64,000 nt of DNA, taken from assembly GCA_964016885.1 (NCBI GenBank), contig OZ024741.1:165788001-165852000 (forward strand), in the 5' to 3' direction. The stretch is from Eledone cirrhosa. Taxonomy: Eukaryota. The notes under the pieces were generated by a model. That model saw nothing but the letters and a program-made list of their open reading frames with translations. It ran no database searches and was not told where the DNA came from. Within the stretch, counting starts at the first letter, position 1. The number at the start of each line of letters is the position of its first letter. Shown here piece by piece: positions 1-10,750 of the stretch. Both the position numbers and the translations under genes were made by a program.

Positions 1-2330
1 GCATGTCATAGATGTAAGTTTGTCTCTAGATCAACCATGTCATTGATGTAAGCTTGTCTCTAGATCAACCATGTCATTGATGTAAGCTTGTCTCTAGATC
101 AACCATGTCATTGATGTAAGCTTGTCTCTAGATCAACCATGTCATAGATGTAAGCTTGTCTCTAGATCAAGCATGTCATTGATGTAAGTTTGTCTCTAGA
201 TCAACCATGTCATTGATGTAAGCTTGTCTCTAGATCAACCATGTCATTGATGTAAGCTTGTCTCTAGATCAACCATGTCATAGATGTAAGCTTGTCTCTA
301 GATCAAGCATGTCATTGATGTAAGTTTGTCTCTAGATCAACCATGTCATTGATGTAAGCTTGTCTCTAGATCAACCATGTCATTGATGTAAGCTTGTCTC
401 TAGATCAACCCTGTCATTGATGTAAGCTTGTCTCTAGATCAACCATGTCATAGATGTAAGCTTGTCTCTAGATCAAGCATGTCATTGATGTAAGCTTGTC
501 TCTAGATCAACCATGTCATAGATGTGAGTTTGTCTCTAGATCAACCATGTCATAGATGTAAGCTTGTCTCTAGATCAAGCATGTCATTGATGTAAGCTTG
601 TCTCTAGATCAACCATGTCATTGATGTAAGCTTGTCTCTAGATCAACCATGTCATAGATGTAAGCTTGTCTCTAGATCAAGCATGTCATTGATGTAAGCT
701 TGTCTCTAGATCAACCATGTCATTGATGTAAGCTTGTCTCTAGATCAACCATGTCATTGATGTAAGCTTGTCTCTAGATCAAGCATGTCATTGATGTAAG
801 CTTGTCTCTAGATCAACCATGTCATTGATGTAAGCTTGTCTCTAGATCAACCATGTCATTGATGTAAGCTTGTCTCTAGATCAACCATGTCATTGATGTA
901 AGTTTGTCTCTAGATCAACCATGTCATTGATGTAAGCTTGTCTCTAGATCAACCATGTCATTGATGTAAGCTTGTCTCTAGATCAACCATGTCATTGATG
1001 TAAGCTTGTCTCTAGATCAACCATGTCATTGATGTAAGCTTGTCTCTAGATCAACCATGTCATTGATGTAAGCTTGTCTCTAGATCAACCATGTCATTGA
1101 TGTAAGTTTGTCTCTAGATCAACCATGTCATTGATGTAAGCTTGTCTCTAGATCAACCATGTCATTGATGTAAGCTTGTCTCTAGATCAACCATGTCATT
1201 GATGTAAGCTTGTCTCTAGATCAACCATGTCATTGATGTAAGCTTGTCTCTAGATCAACCATGTCATTGATATAAGTTTGTCTCTAGATCAACCATGTCA
1301 TTGATGTAAGCTTGTCTCTAGATCAACCATGTCATTGATGTAACCTTGTCTCTAGATCAACCATGTCATTGATGTAAGCTTGTCTCTAGATCAACCATGT
1401 CATTGATGTAAGCTTGTCTCTAGATCAACCATGTCATTGATGTAAGCTTGTCTCTAGATCAACCATGTCATTGATGTAAGTTTATCTCTAGATCAACCAT
1501 GTCATTGATGTAAGCTTGTCTCTAGATCAACCATGTCATTGATGTAAGCTTGTCTCTAGATCAACCATGTCATAGATGTAAGTTTGTCTCTAGATCAACC
1601 ATGTCATTGATGTAAGTTTATCTCTAGATCAACCATGTCATTGATGTAAGTTTGTCTCTAGATCAACCATGTCATTGATGTAAGCTTGTCTCTAGATCAA
1701 CCATGTCATAGATGTAAGTTTATCTCTAGATCAACCATGTCATTGATGTAAGCTTGTCTCTAGATCAACCATGTCATTGATGTAAGCTTGTCTCTAGATC
1801 AACCATGTCATAGATGTAAGCTTGTCTCTAGATCAACCATGTCATTGATGTAAGTTTATCTCTAGATCAACCATGTCATTAATGTAAGCTTGTCTCTAGA
1901 TCAACCATGTCATTGATGTAAGCTTGTCTCTAGATCAACCATGTCATAGATGTAAGTTTGTCTCTAGATCAACCATGTCATTGATGTAAGTTTGTCTCTA
2001 GATCAACCATGTCATTGATGTAAGCTTGTCTCTAGATCAACCATGTCATAGATGTAAGTTTGTCTCTAGATCAACCATGCCATTGATGTAAGCTTGTCTC
2101 TAGATCAACCATGTCATTGATGTAACCTTGTCTCTAGATCAACCATGTCATAGATGTAAGTTTGTCTCTAGATCAAGCATGTCATTGATGTAAGCTTGTC
2201 TCTAGATCAACCATGTCATTGATGTAACCTTGTCTCTAGATCAACCATGTCATTGATGTAAGCTTGTCTCTAGATCAACCATGTCATAGATGTAAGCTTG
2301 CCTCTAGATCAACCATGTCATAGTTGGAAG
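1..2330. repeat. 34-bp tandem satellite, unit CATGTCATTGATGTAAGCTTGTCTCTAGATCAAC, about 68 copies, runs off the left edge
   Basis: Unit recurs at 2, 36, 70 and onward, with only point variants (CATA/CATT, AAGTTT/AAGCTT, AAGC/AACC). Confidence 0.97.
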
Positions 2331-2690
2331 TTTGTCATTAAATTACGTATATCAGAAATGGAGGCTTATCTCTACTAGAACAGTTATATCATAAATAGAA
2401 ATTTATCTTTACAACATTTATATATACAAATATATATATATACACACACACACATATATATATATATATATCATCATAAAATCAGCTTTCCCTGCTAACA
2501 AGGGTTTTACACACACACACACACACATACACTAGTACCATTGATGCATTGATGTTTATAACAAAATTATTTTGCAGCATTATTATATTAGGTTTAGAAA
2601 AAATAATGCTTAGAGAAATAGAACAGAATTTAACAGAAGTGACACGAATATTAAAGAAGCTATAAGATGTTTAAATTTGCATATCAATAT

Positions 2691-2812
2691 ATTCATCCAT
2701 TTCCCCTCCTGCCTCTGGGGAAAGGCTTTCCCTTTTTTCTTTTCAGAACTTTCTGCTTTGAGTGTCCTGGCTCACTATATATATATTTTTTTTCTTTGCT
2801 TCTCATATAGTC
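2691..2812 (-). CDS. Possible terminal coding exon (DYMRSKEKKYIYSEPGHSKQKVLKRKKGKPFPRGRRGNG*), protein unidentified
   Basis: Open frame after AG with a pyrimidine-rich region upstream; basic, protein-like composition; no recognised homology. Confidence 0.2.
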
Positions 2813-3100
2813 CTTTATTATAATAAGACACTTTATATAGTGACATATATAAAGTAGTATAAAAGAGAAAAAGAATAAAGAAATATAGTGATAAATATCT
2901 AATGCTATTAATACATATATTCATAAAAATAGCTTCAAACACTGATAATGTTATATACACACCACAATCATTGATAGTGTTATTTACAAACCACAATTAT
3001 TCACCTGAGGTCAAACACACTACCAAATATCAATTTTGATTTCCTTTCCATTCAATTCACTGTGGAATGGTTTGTACATACACACACACATAGTATGTAT

Positions 3101-3152
<52 letters not shown>

Positions 3153-3339
3153 CTGCAGGCTTCAGTGGAGATATATTATCATATATTATACATTGATAGA
3201 GAAACTATGACAAAATGTTTAAGCCTAGTTCACCTTCATTGGAGATATCAAAACATGTATGCCAGGGTTATCACCATCCTTGTCAAAGATCAGACTCACT
3301 CAACTGGTATATTTAGAATTGGTTATATTAAATTTTATA

Positions 3340-4044
3340 TTTATATATATATAAAGTTGTATTCCTGTTTGTTTGTTTGTTTGTTTGTTTGTTCACGAAC
3401 TACTCCTATGGGTTTGGAGATAGACCCCCATAACCACATATATTCTAAAATTTATATGAAATTTAAACCATAGGTAAATGACAAAATATGATGCCTATTC
3501 ACAAAATTTCAGCAAATTTCAATAACATTAAGACACCCTAATGGGGGTTAAACCCACTATAGTGAACATTTTGGCCAATAAATGTAACAAAATTTCATGA
3601 ACTCCTCCTGTGGTTTTGGAGATAGACCCCCATAACCATATATATTCTGAAACTACATTGTCCAGGGTACTTGGATAAGTATATTTCATTTTAATCAAAG
3701 AGTTCCCCAGGGGCACAAAACCCCCGCTGAAAATGTTTTCCATTCGATTTATATGAAATTTAAACCATAGATAAATGACAAGATATGATGCCTATTCACA
3801 AAAGTTTTGAAATGATATTTTGAAAATAATTATTTATAAGAAACAAAATAAGAATAAGATTTAATAATATAATTTTGATTACAAAAAATAATGTTTTCTA
3901 ATTTTCCATGCATTACATTTTACATTGAGTAATATTGAAATGCAGAGTTTTTCTCCATAAATTATACCACTGATTTAGAATCAATCATCATTTTCTTACA
4001 AAAAAAATGTGTAAAACGCAGCAAGGCACGGGTAATTTGGCTAG
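3340..4044 (+). mobile_element. Non-autonomous Helitron-like element
   Basis: 5' TATATATAAAG plus (GTTT)n, internal direct repeats, 3' GC-rich subterminal motif GCAAGGCACGGGT followed by CTAG|T. Confidence 0.6.
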
Positions 4045-4279
4045 TATATATATATACACGCACATTTCATATAGAAAACCATTCTTATATATATATATAT
4101 GTATGTGTGTGTGTTTGTATGTTTATATGTGTGTGTTTGTGTATATATAGTTATCATATGCATATATCACCATTATTTTCAAAGACCAGGCTCACTCAAT
4201 CTATTGCTGCATTTCAAATTGGTTATCATACTATATTATATTATAATATATTATATTATATTATATTATATTATATTAT

Positions 4280-4465
4280 TTGGCAGTATCAGTAGAGGGT
4301 TGGACGCCATGCTTTGAAGCATAGAGTTACCTCCCTGTATGATCTGAGTTCAAATCCCGCCGAGGTTAACTTTGCCTTTCATCCTTACAGGGTCAATAAA
4401 ATAAAGTATGAGTAATGCACTGAGTAATTGCTGGCCTTGTGCCAAAAGTAGAAACAATTATATTA
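4280..4465 (+). mobile_element. tRNA-derived SINE family A
   Basis: A box TGGCAGTATC, B box GAGTTCAAATCC, core GCCTTTCATCC..GGTC.ATAAAATAAAGTA, (TTA)n tail; more than 12 copies in the window. Confidence 0.85.
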
Positions 4466-4723
4466 TATAATCAAAGAAGGAGTATGCAGCAATACAGTAG
4501 CAGCAGTACAATATAGCGAAGTTGCATATGAAAAAAAATGTTGGATGAATGAATAAAAGCATCTATCTTCTGTATCAGCCACCCTCTTATTGGTGGTTGT
4601 AATAAGAATTCTTCCCCATATGAAACCATGGTACAGAGATCTATATATATAAGTGAGTGTAGATAGAATACTTCTTTGTCTATCTTGTTTATACTCCCAT
4701 AATTAGAGTTATTTCTCACTTAA

Positions 4724-4760
<37 letters not shown>

Positions 4761-4790
4761 AGATCAAAAGATGGTTAAAGGAGTTCAATA

Positions 4791-4861
4791 TATTTTATTA
4801 TGCGCATTTCAAAAACAAACATCATCAAACAATAATATTTGTGTTTTCATCAGATAAAACA
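4791..4861 (-). ncRNA. Type I hammerhead ribozyme (inverted-arm copy)
   Basis: Reverse complement of the motif at 4960-5030. Confidence 0.8.
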
Positions 4862-4959
4862 GGAGAACATGATATGAAGGCTAAAAAAAATATGTTGATA
4901 TGTTGATTTAAAACTGCACTATCAACAAGTGTTTTTTTAGCCTTCATATCATGTTCTCC

Positions 4960-5030
4960 TGTTTTATCTGATGAAAACACAAATATTATTGTTTGATGAT
5001 GTTTGTTTTTGAAATGCGCATAATAAAATA
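4960..5030 (+). ncRNA. Type I hammerhead ribozyme
   Basis: Stem I GTTTTAT/ATAAAAT, core CTGATGA, long stem II, GAAA, palindromic A-TGCGCA-T stem III, predicted cleavage after AUA. Confidence 0.82.
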
Positions 5031-5151
5031 TATTGAACTCCTTTAACCATCTTTTGATCTTATATTATGCATACTCCAGTCCCACAAACTGTAGAGTGCT
5101 TCTTATCCGATATCTGCATTGCTTTATTGTACTACAATAAAACTCACCTCC

Positions 5152-5179
<28 letters not shown>

Positions 5180-5194
<15 letters not shown>

Positions 5195-5286
5195 AAGGAG
5201 GTGTGGTAAGGAACCAGATGTACCATAAGTCCAAAAATAGCCGTCGAAACGGCTTGAGCTCTGTTGTCGGGGTTAAACTTTTTCCC

Positions 5287-5290
<4 letters not shown>
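5180..5290. mobile_element. PLE family 3 remnant (3' end on minus strand plus inverted piece)
   Basis: Matches parts of 14493-14676, 24327-24372 and 32372-32615; flanked by (TA)n. Confidence 0.55.
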
Positions 5291-5339
<49 letters not shown>

Positions 5340-5361
5340 AAGAAAGAGAGAGAGAGAGATG

Positions 5362-5655
5362 TGAAGACACATGGCTTAATGGTTAGAGAGCTGAGTTTGA
5401 TTCCTAGACCGGATGGTATGTTATTTCTTTGAGCAAGATACTTTATTTCATGTTGCTCCAATCTATTCAGCTGGCAAAAAATGAGTTGTACTTGTAAGTC
5501 AACCCACTGTGTCATGCTGAATCTCTTTGCAAACTACATTAAGTGTGCATGTGTCTGTGGAATGCTCAGACACTTACACATTATTTTCATGAGAAGGCAG
5601 TTATTTTGTTCAAACAACTGGAGCACTGATCATTGGAAATGATGGGGAGGTCCAA
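5362..5655 (+). mobile_element. tRNA-derived SINE family B (tail type 4)
   Basis: TGGCTTAATGGTTAGAG head and TTGAGCAAGA.ACTTTATTTCA core; same tail at 8900-9180 (-) and 20090-20350 (+). Confidence 0.7.
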
Positions 5656-5941
5656 TATATATCATCATTTAACATCTATTTTCCATGTCTGCATTACTTA
5701 GACGGATTGTCAGGTTTTGAGTCTAGACCAATCAGATGACCATGTTATGCTCATATGTTCCAGTTTGGACTTGGTTTCTATGGCTGGATACCCTTCCTAA
5801 TACCAACTACTTTATAGCATGTATTGGAAACATGTATTGTGACACCAGCACTACCCACCTTACAGGGTAGACAACATATATATCTGTATGTATGTGTGTG
5901 TGTGCATATATATATATTTACACACACACACACACATATTA

Positions 5942-7101
5942 TCTATAATATAAAACTGTTGTTGTTTGTGTGTGTGTGTCCTCATTTTTGTAAAGTCTAT
6001 ACAAATCGACATTTCTACTCCGATTGACTTCAAACTTGCATTTATATATTCCTTGCGGTCTAAAGATATTAACTGCAGATTTTATTTTTCAATTTTCTGT
6101 TGTTAAAGGGGTGTTAGGCGCCGGTTATCCATCTCCATCGCGCTCTTATAATATCTGTCTGTATGCCTGGCTGTCTGCATTACGACATTCTGACAAACAT
6201 TGATGAGGTATTATGTTCGCTATCTCCCATTCATTGCCAGGAAACGTCTTCACGAACCAAAGTATCGTCTTGCTGTTTTCCTTCAGTTGCAACGTTTTTC
6301 GAAATATTTACTTCTGCGTTCACAGATTGATTTTTTTTCGCTTCAGAAGATCCCGTTAAGGGTGAAAGCAGCGATTCTTTGCTTAAACTTTAATCTGTTA
6401 TTTTAATATATATTATAAGCGAGGCAAGCCAGCCCAGTTTCACTTCTTGCCAATAAACATTAACCCTTTGTGCGCCATTCATCTAACTGTATTTCAACAA
6501 ATACCAACTAAACGTAGCATTGACAAGAACGATGGCAAATGAATCTTTGAGGTAAGCAGTTTCCTCCCAAGCTGTTAGTTCACACGAGATTCTCTGCTAC
6601 ACCTTTTCGTAATAATACCGAACAGCATACTGCTGGTCACTCCTTCCTCCAAAAGCCGTACAAAGCGGACATGTGCATCGGACAGAGGGATCGGGTGCAA
6701 ATCTACACCAGGCCTATGCGAGAAATTCGCAAGGGACTGCACCGAGAGGGATAGAGAGAAAGAGTAACTTAGTGGAAAGCGTGCGAATGAACTTTTGAGG
6801 TAAGTAGCCTACGCCTTACTGCTATGACACTAGAACCTTCTATCAACTTAACCTGTGACTTTCTCTTTCACATTTACTCCAATAGGCCAAAACAGAGGAG
6901 TATGAAAAGAAGGGGCTCAACAATATTTCTATGAACAATGCACGTAGACAGCTAAACTGTACTTTCAACTTCTTCAAATAAAACAAGTTTCCTGTCAGTA
7001 TATTTTCGTGAATTTTTAACAGGCACTCACAAATAAACATTTCTCATTGGAGGTGCTATTACCAATGTTCTTGCCCGTGCAACGCCGGGATACACTGCTA
7101 G
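5942..7101 (+). mobile_element. Non-autonomous Helitron containing a nested PLE fragment (6340-6415)
   Basis: Starts A|TCTATAATATAAAACT, ends CCCGTGCAACGCCGGG hairpin plus CTAG|T; shares an internal motif with 39610-40555 and 52732-53470. Confidence 0.8.
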
Positions 7102-7162
7102 TATATATATATATTTTTGCTTTTCTTGATGAGACTTTCCAAGTATTTACCCATGTTTTATA

Positions 7163-7238
7163 TTGCCTCGTCTGACGAACGAATGAAGACGTTTCTTTCG
7201 TATTCGCCTCATTCGGGAAACCTCTGGTAATGAGGTAA
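7163..7238 (+). ncRNA. Type I hammerhead ribozyme in a short PLE-like 3' fragment (about 7115-7342)
   Basis: Stem I TTGCCTCGT/ATGAGGTAA (9 bp), core CTGACGA, stem II CGAATGA/TCATTCG, GAAA, stem III ACC-tct-GGT, cleavage after GUA. Confidence 0.85.
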
Positions 7239-7339
7239 TTATATTGTATTGATTTTTATACATTAAATTTTGCTCTGATACTTACATAGAGCACTCTTCA
7301 CTTCTATGACCTTTTCTGTTTTCAACGGAAATTTCAATA

Positions 7340-7381
<42 letters not shown>

Positions 7382-7385
<4 letters not shown>

Positions 7386-7802
7386 TATTGGTGCTCTGAA
7401 ATAGTGATGTATACATGAATGTATGAATACTATATTTGGCTACTGTATGTTTAATTAAAAAAATGTTTAATTAAAAACATTTAGAAGACCATTTGCTATG
7501 AGTTTTAAAGTAGTGACTATGTCACTTACTTAATCTCGGCAAAAATAACAGAGAGTGGCCGACAGACAGTCTGTTTCTAGCTTGTGAGCATTTATCAAGA
7601 CCACACACTCTGCCAGAAAGAGTGTGTGGTCTTGATAAACGCTCACAAGCGAGAAACAGACTGTCTGTCGGCTACTCTCTGTTAATTTTGCCGAGATTAA
7701 GTAAGTGACATAGTCACTACTTTAAAACTCATAGCGAATGGTCTTCTAAATGTTTTTAATTAAACATACAGTATATATGCCAAATATACTATACATACAT
7801 TA
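7382..7802 (-). mobile_element. Fold-back PLE-like element (family 2), arms about 7431-7610 and 7620-7790
   Basis: Near-perfect inverted repeat of about 175 bp per arm, flanked by (TA)n; its 3' tail recurs at 23992-24065. Confidence 0.75.
7626..7675 (+). ncRNA. Hammerhead ribozyme, U3-A8 core variant (mirror copy at 7555-7604, minus)
   Basis: GTGGTC-TTGATAA-aCGCTcacaAGCGa-GAAA-CAGActgTCTG-TC-GGCTAC. Confidence 0.7.
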
Positions 7803-9448
7803 ATATATGCAAGCAGGGAAAACTGGACGTAAAATGATGATGATGATGATATACATATATATATATTGGTCAGGTTGCCAGGATCTGAGATAGATGAGTC
7901 AAAGAGTATTCATCTTGTTTCTATGTTCCATATTTGGCATAATTTCTAAGGTTGGATGCCCTTCCTAATGCCAACTACAGACAGACAGATAGATAGATCA
8001 CTTTCGATACCAAACCACCAGAAACCAAACATGGTCCTATGATACAAAGTACTTTATTTTAAAGTGTTCATATTTACCTAAAAGCATAATTTTATGTAAG
8101 AACCTTTGTTATGTTGCAAACATAACAATGAGAAAGGTAAGTTACTAAATTCCTCCAAATGCTTTATCATATAAAGCAAGGGGTGATGATTGTTAATGTT
8201 ACCAGAGAAATGTATATTTAATGAAGTTCCAGAATTATATAATTTTAATGTGACTTTAGAAATGTATAATTTTTAACAAAGCTTTTTACAGAACAATGTA
8301 TCATATTTATATTTGTAATAATGCATAATAATCGAATTTATATCATATCATTTTGTAACTGACAATATATACAATAAATGTATATACGTGCGAGTGTGTG
8401 CATGTATATAGAGAGAAAGAGAGTGAGAGAGATTAAAATGTTAATAATGCATGAAAAATAAAAGAGGACTTGAACAGAGAGAAAATAAAATAAACATTTA
8501 TAAAATCATTCTTTAAAAAAAATTGAAACTATATTCATCTGAGCGAATGAAAATATAAAAATGTTTATAACTTTTACTGAGTAATTGAAGCATACACAAC
8601 TGAGGGAATTGTAATATTTCATGGGCAATTTAACCTTTTTATTAACATATTTCTAATGAAAGACACTGCCTATCATTTTCAAATTATTTTGAAAAGAGAA
8701 AAGAATTGTAGGGATTTAGTAATATAACCACCATTATCATTATTAGGTGTTTAGAACATTACTTAAAAGGTTCCTACATAAAGCGTTTATATTTATCCAA
8801 AATCCTTCCATCATAATTTTACATAAGAATCTTTGTTAAATTCTGCTCCAAACAACAACTTGATTATGAGAAAATTAGTTATACTGGGGCAATGCATCGG
8901 TTACGATGAGTGTTCCAGTTGATCTGATCAACAGAACAGCCTGCTCATGAAATGTGCATGTGGTTGAGCATTCCACAAACATGTACTCTTAATGTAGTTC
9001 TCAGGAAGATTCAGCATGACACAGAATGTGACAAGGCTGGCCATTTGAACTACAGGTACAACTCATTTTTGCAGCTGAGTGGACTGGAGCAACATGAAAT
9101 AAAGTGTCTTGCTCAAGGACACAACATGCCGCCAGGAATCGAACTCACAACCTTACGATTGTGAGGCGAATACCTTACCCACAAATGATATTACTAACAT
9201 ATATATACATAAACATAGATGTTGACTAGAGAGACCACAGTGAGTAGATATTGACTAGAGAGATCACAGTAATGTCCAACATTACAATTGATCATAGCCA
9301 CAGGGGACATTATAAAAGTTCAATATATATCCTGCAGTGAATATTGTAAGTCGTGACATTTAAAATTTGAAAGATTTTCAAGCCAAACCTTATGATTTCT
9401 ATATATCAAATCTAAATATTGAAACATTATTATATTTATTAATATCCA

Positions 9449-9650
9449 AGGGCAGTGGATTGGCAGTATCGGTGTAGCGTTGGACGCCATGCTTTGCAGC
9501 ATGGAGTTACGGGCCTTTACGATCTGAGTTCAAATTCCGCCGAGGTTAACTTTGCCTTTCATCCTTACGGGGGTCGATAAAATAAAGTACCAGTAATGCA
9601 CTGGGATAATTGCTGGCCTTGTGCCAAGAGTAGAAACAATTATTATATTT
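9449..9650 (+). mobile_element. SINE family A
   Basis: Full head, core and tail. Confidence 0.85.
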
Positions 9651-9863
9651 ATTTATATATAGCTTTTTTTTTTCTTTATTCTTGGTTGTTTAGTAATATC
9701 ACCTGTGATATTTGTGGTAAAGGATTTATATCACATAATATCGAATCTACAAAATTTTGATATTATTTAGTTTGAAAACAATACCGTAACATCACTATGA
9801 GCAGCCAGTTACAGCCAGTTTGAACAGAAAGAGGTGAGAGAATTCTGGCCAGATACAGATAGT

Positions 9864-10090
9864 TTAACCCTTTAGTGTTCAAACTGGCCCAAACCGTCAG
9901 AATTCTCTACCTCTTTCTGTTGAAACTGGCTGTAACTGGTCACTCAAACTGATGTTAAGGTATTGGTCTCAAAATAAATACTTTTAAAATCTCGCAGATT
10001 CGATATTATGTGAGATAATTATGTGGGGTAAAGCCTTTACCATGAAAATACAATAGTATATATAGAGTAATGTGAATGCTAAAGGGATAA
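9864..10090. mobile_element. TTAA/piggyBac-type MITE family C (partial opposite-orientation copy at about 9690-9866)
   Basis: TTAACCCTTTAG...CTAAAGGG termini and shared body of about 220 bp. Confidence 0.75.
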
Positions 10091-10244
10091 TGAATGCTAA
10101 AGGGATAAAATTAGATCAATTTGTTGCAGCACATACTCATCAATGGGTTCATTTTTTGAGGCAATGTTGTATATTAACATGCCCTTCCTGGCAGCAACAC
10201 TTTTAGTTGCATTTTACAACACGTGTAGATACAGTCTAGCTATT

Positions 10245-10745
10245 CGATAAAATAAAGCACCAGTAATGCACTGGGGTAATTGCAAGTCTTGTGCCAAAAG
10301 TAGAAACATTATTATTATGGTGGATTGGCAGTATCGGTAGAGTCGGACACCATGCTTTGCTGCATAGAGGTACAGCGGTCCTTTACGGTCTGAGTTCAAA
10401 TCCCGCCGAGGTTAACTTTGCTTTTCATCCTTACGAGGTCGATAAAATAAAGCACCAGTAATGCACTGGGGTCGATTTAATCGACTTTCCCCCGCCCCCC
10501 ACTCCCACCCCCAATTACTGGCCTTGTGCCTATACTAGAAATCATTATTATTATTACTATTAGTACCAGTAATGTACTGGGTAATTGCTGGCCTTGTGCC
10601 AATAGTAGAAAAAATTATTACTATTATTGAGTGAAGAAATATATATATATATTTACAAAGACTTAAATCTAGTCTAAAGTAGAAATAATTATACCAGTAA
10701 TGTACTGGTATAATTGCTGGCCTTGTTCCAAAAGTAGAAACAATA
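10245..10745 (+). mobile_element. Cluster of one SINE A copy and stacked SINE A 3' tails
   Basis: Full copy at 10318-10560 plus three additional tail fragments. Confidence 0.75.
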
Positions 10746-10750
10746 TGGGC

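Larger units (their letters stand above)
4755..5155 (+). mobile_element. Mini Penelope-like insertion (family 1) with 5' inverted arm, inside (TA)n
   Basis: 4755-4890 is the reverse complement of about 4932-5068; closely similar to the 3' end of the GIY-YIG element at 15278-15560. Confidence 0.85.

Noticed and set aside
1-2330. CRISPR-like array of 34-bp repeats
   Set aside because: Units are contiguous with no unique spacers, there are no cas genes, and the context is eukaryotic
6340-6385. Hammerhead in family 7 (CAGAAGA-TCCC/GGGT-GAAA)
   Set aside because: U4 is replaced, stem I is truncated and stem III is unconvincing; kept only as an element fragment
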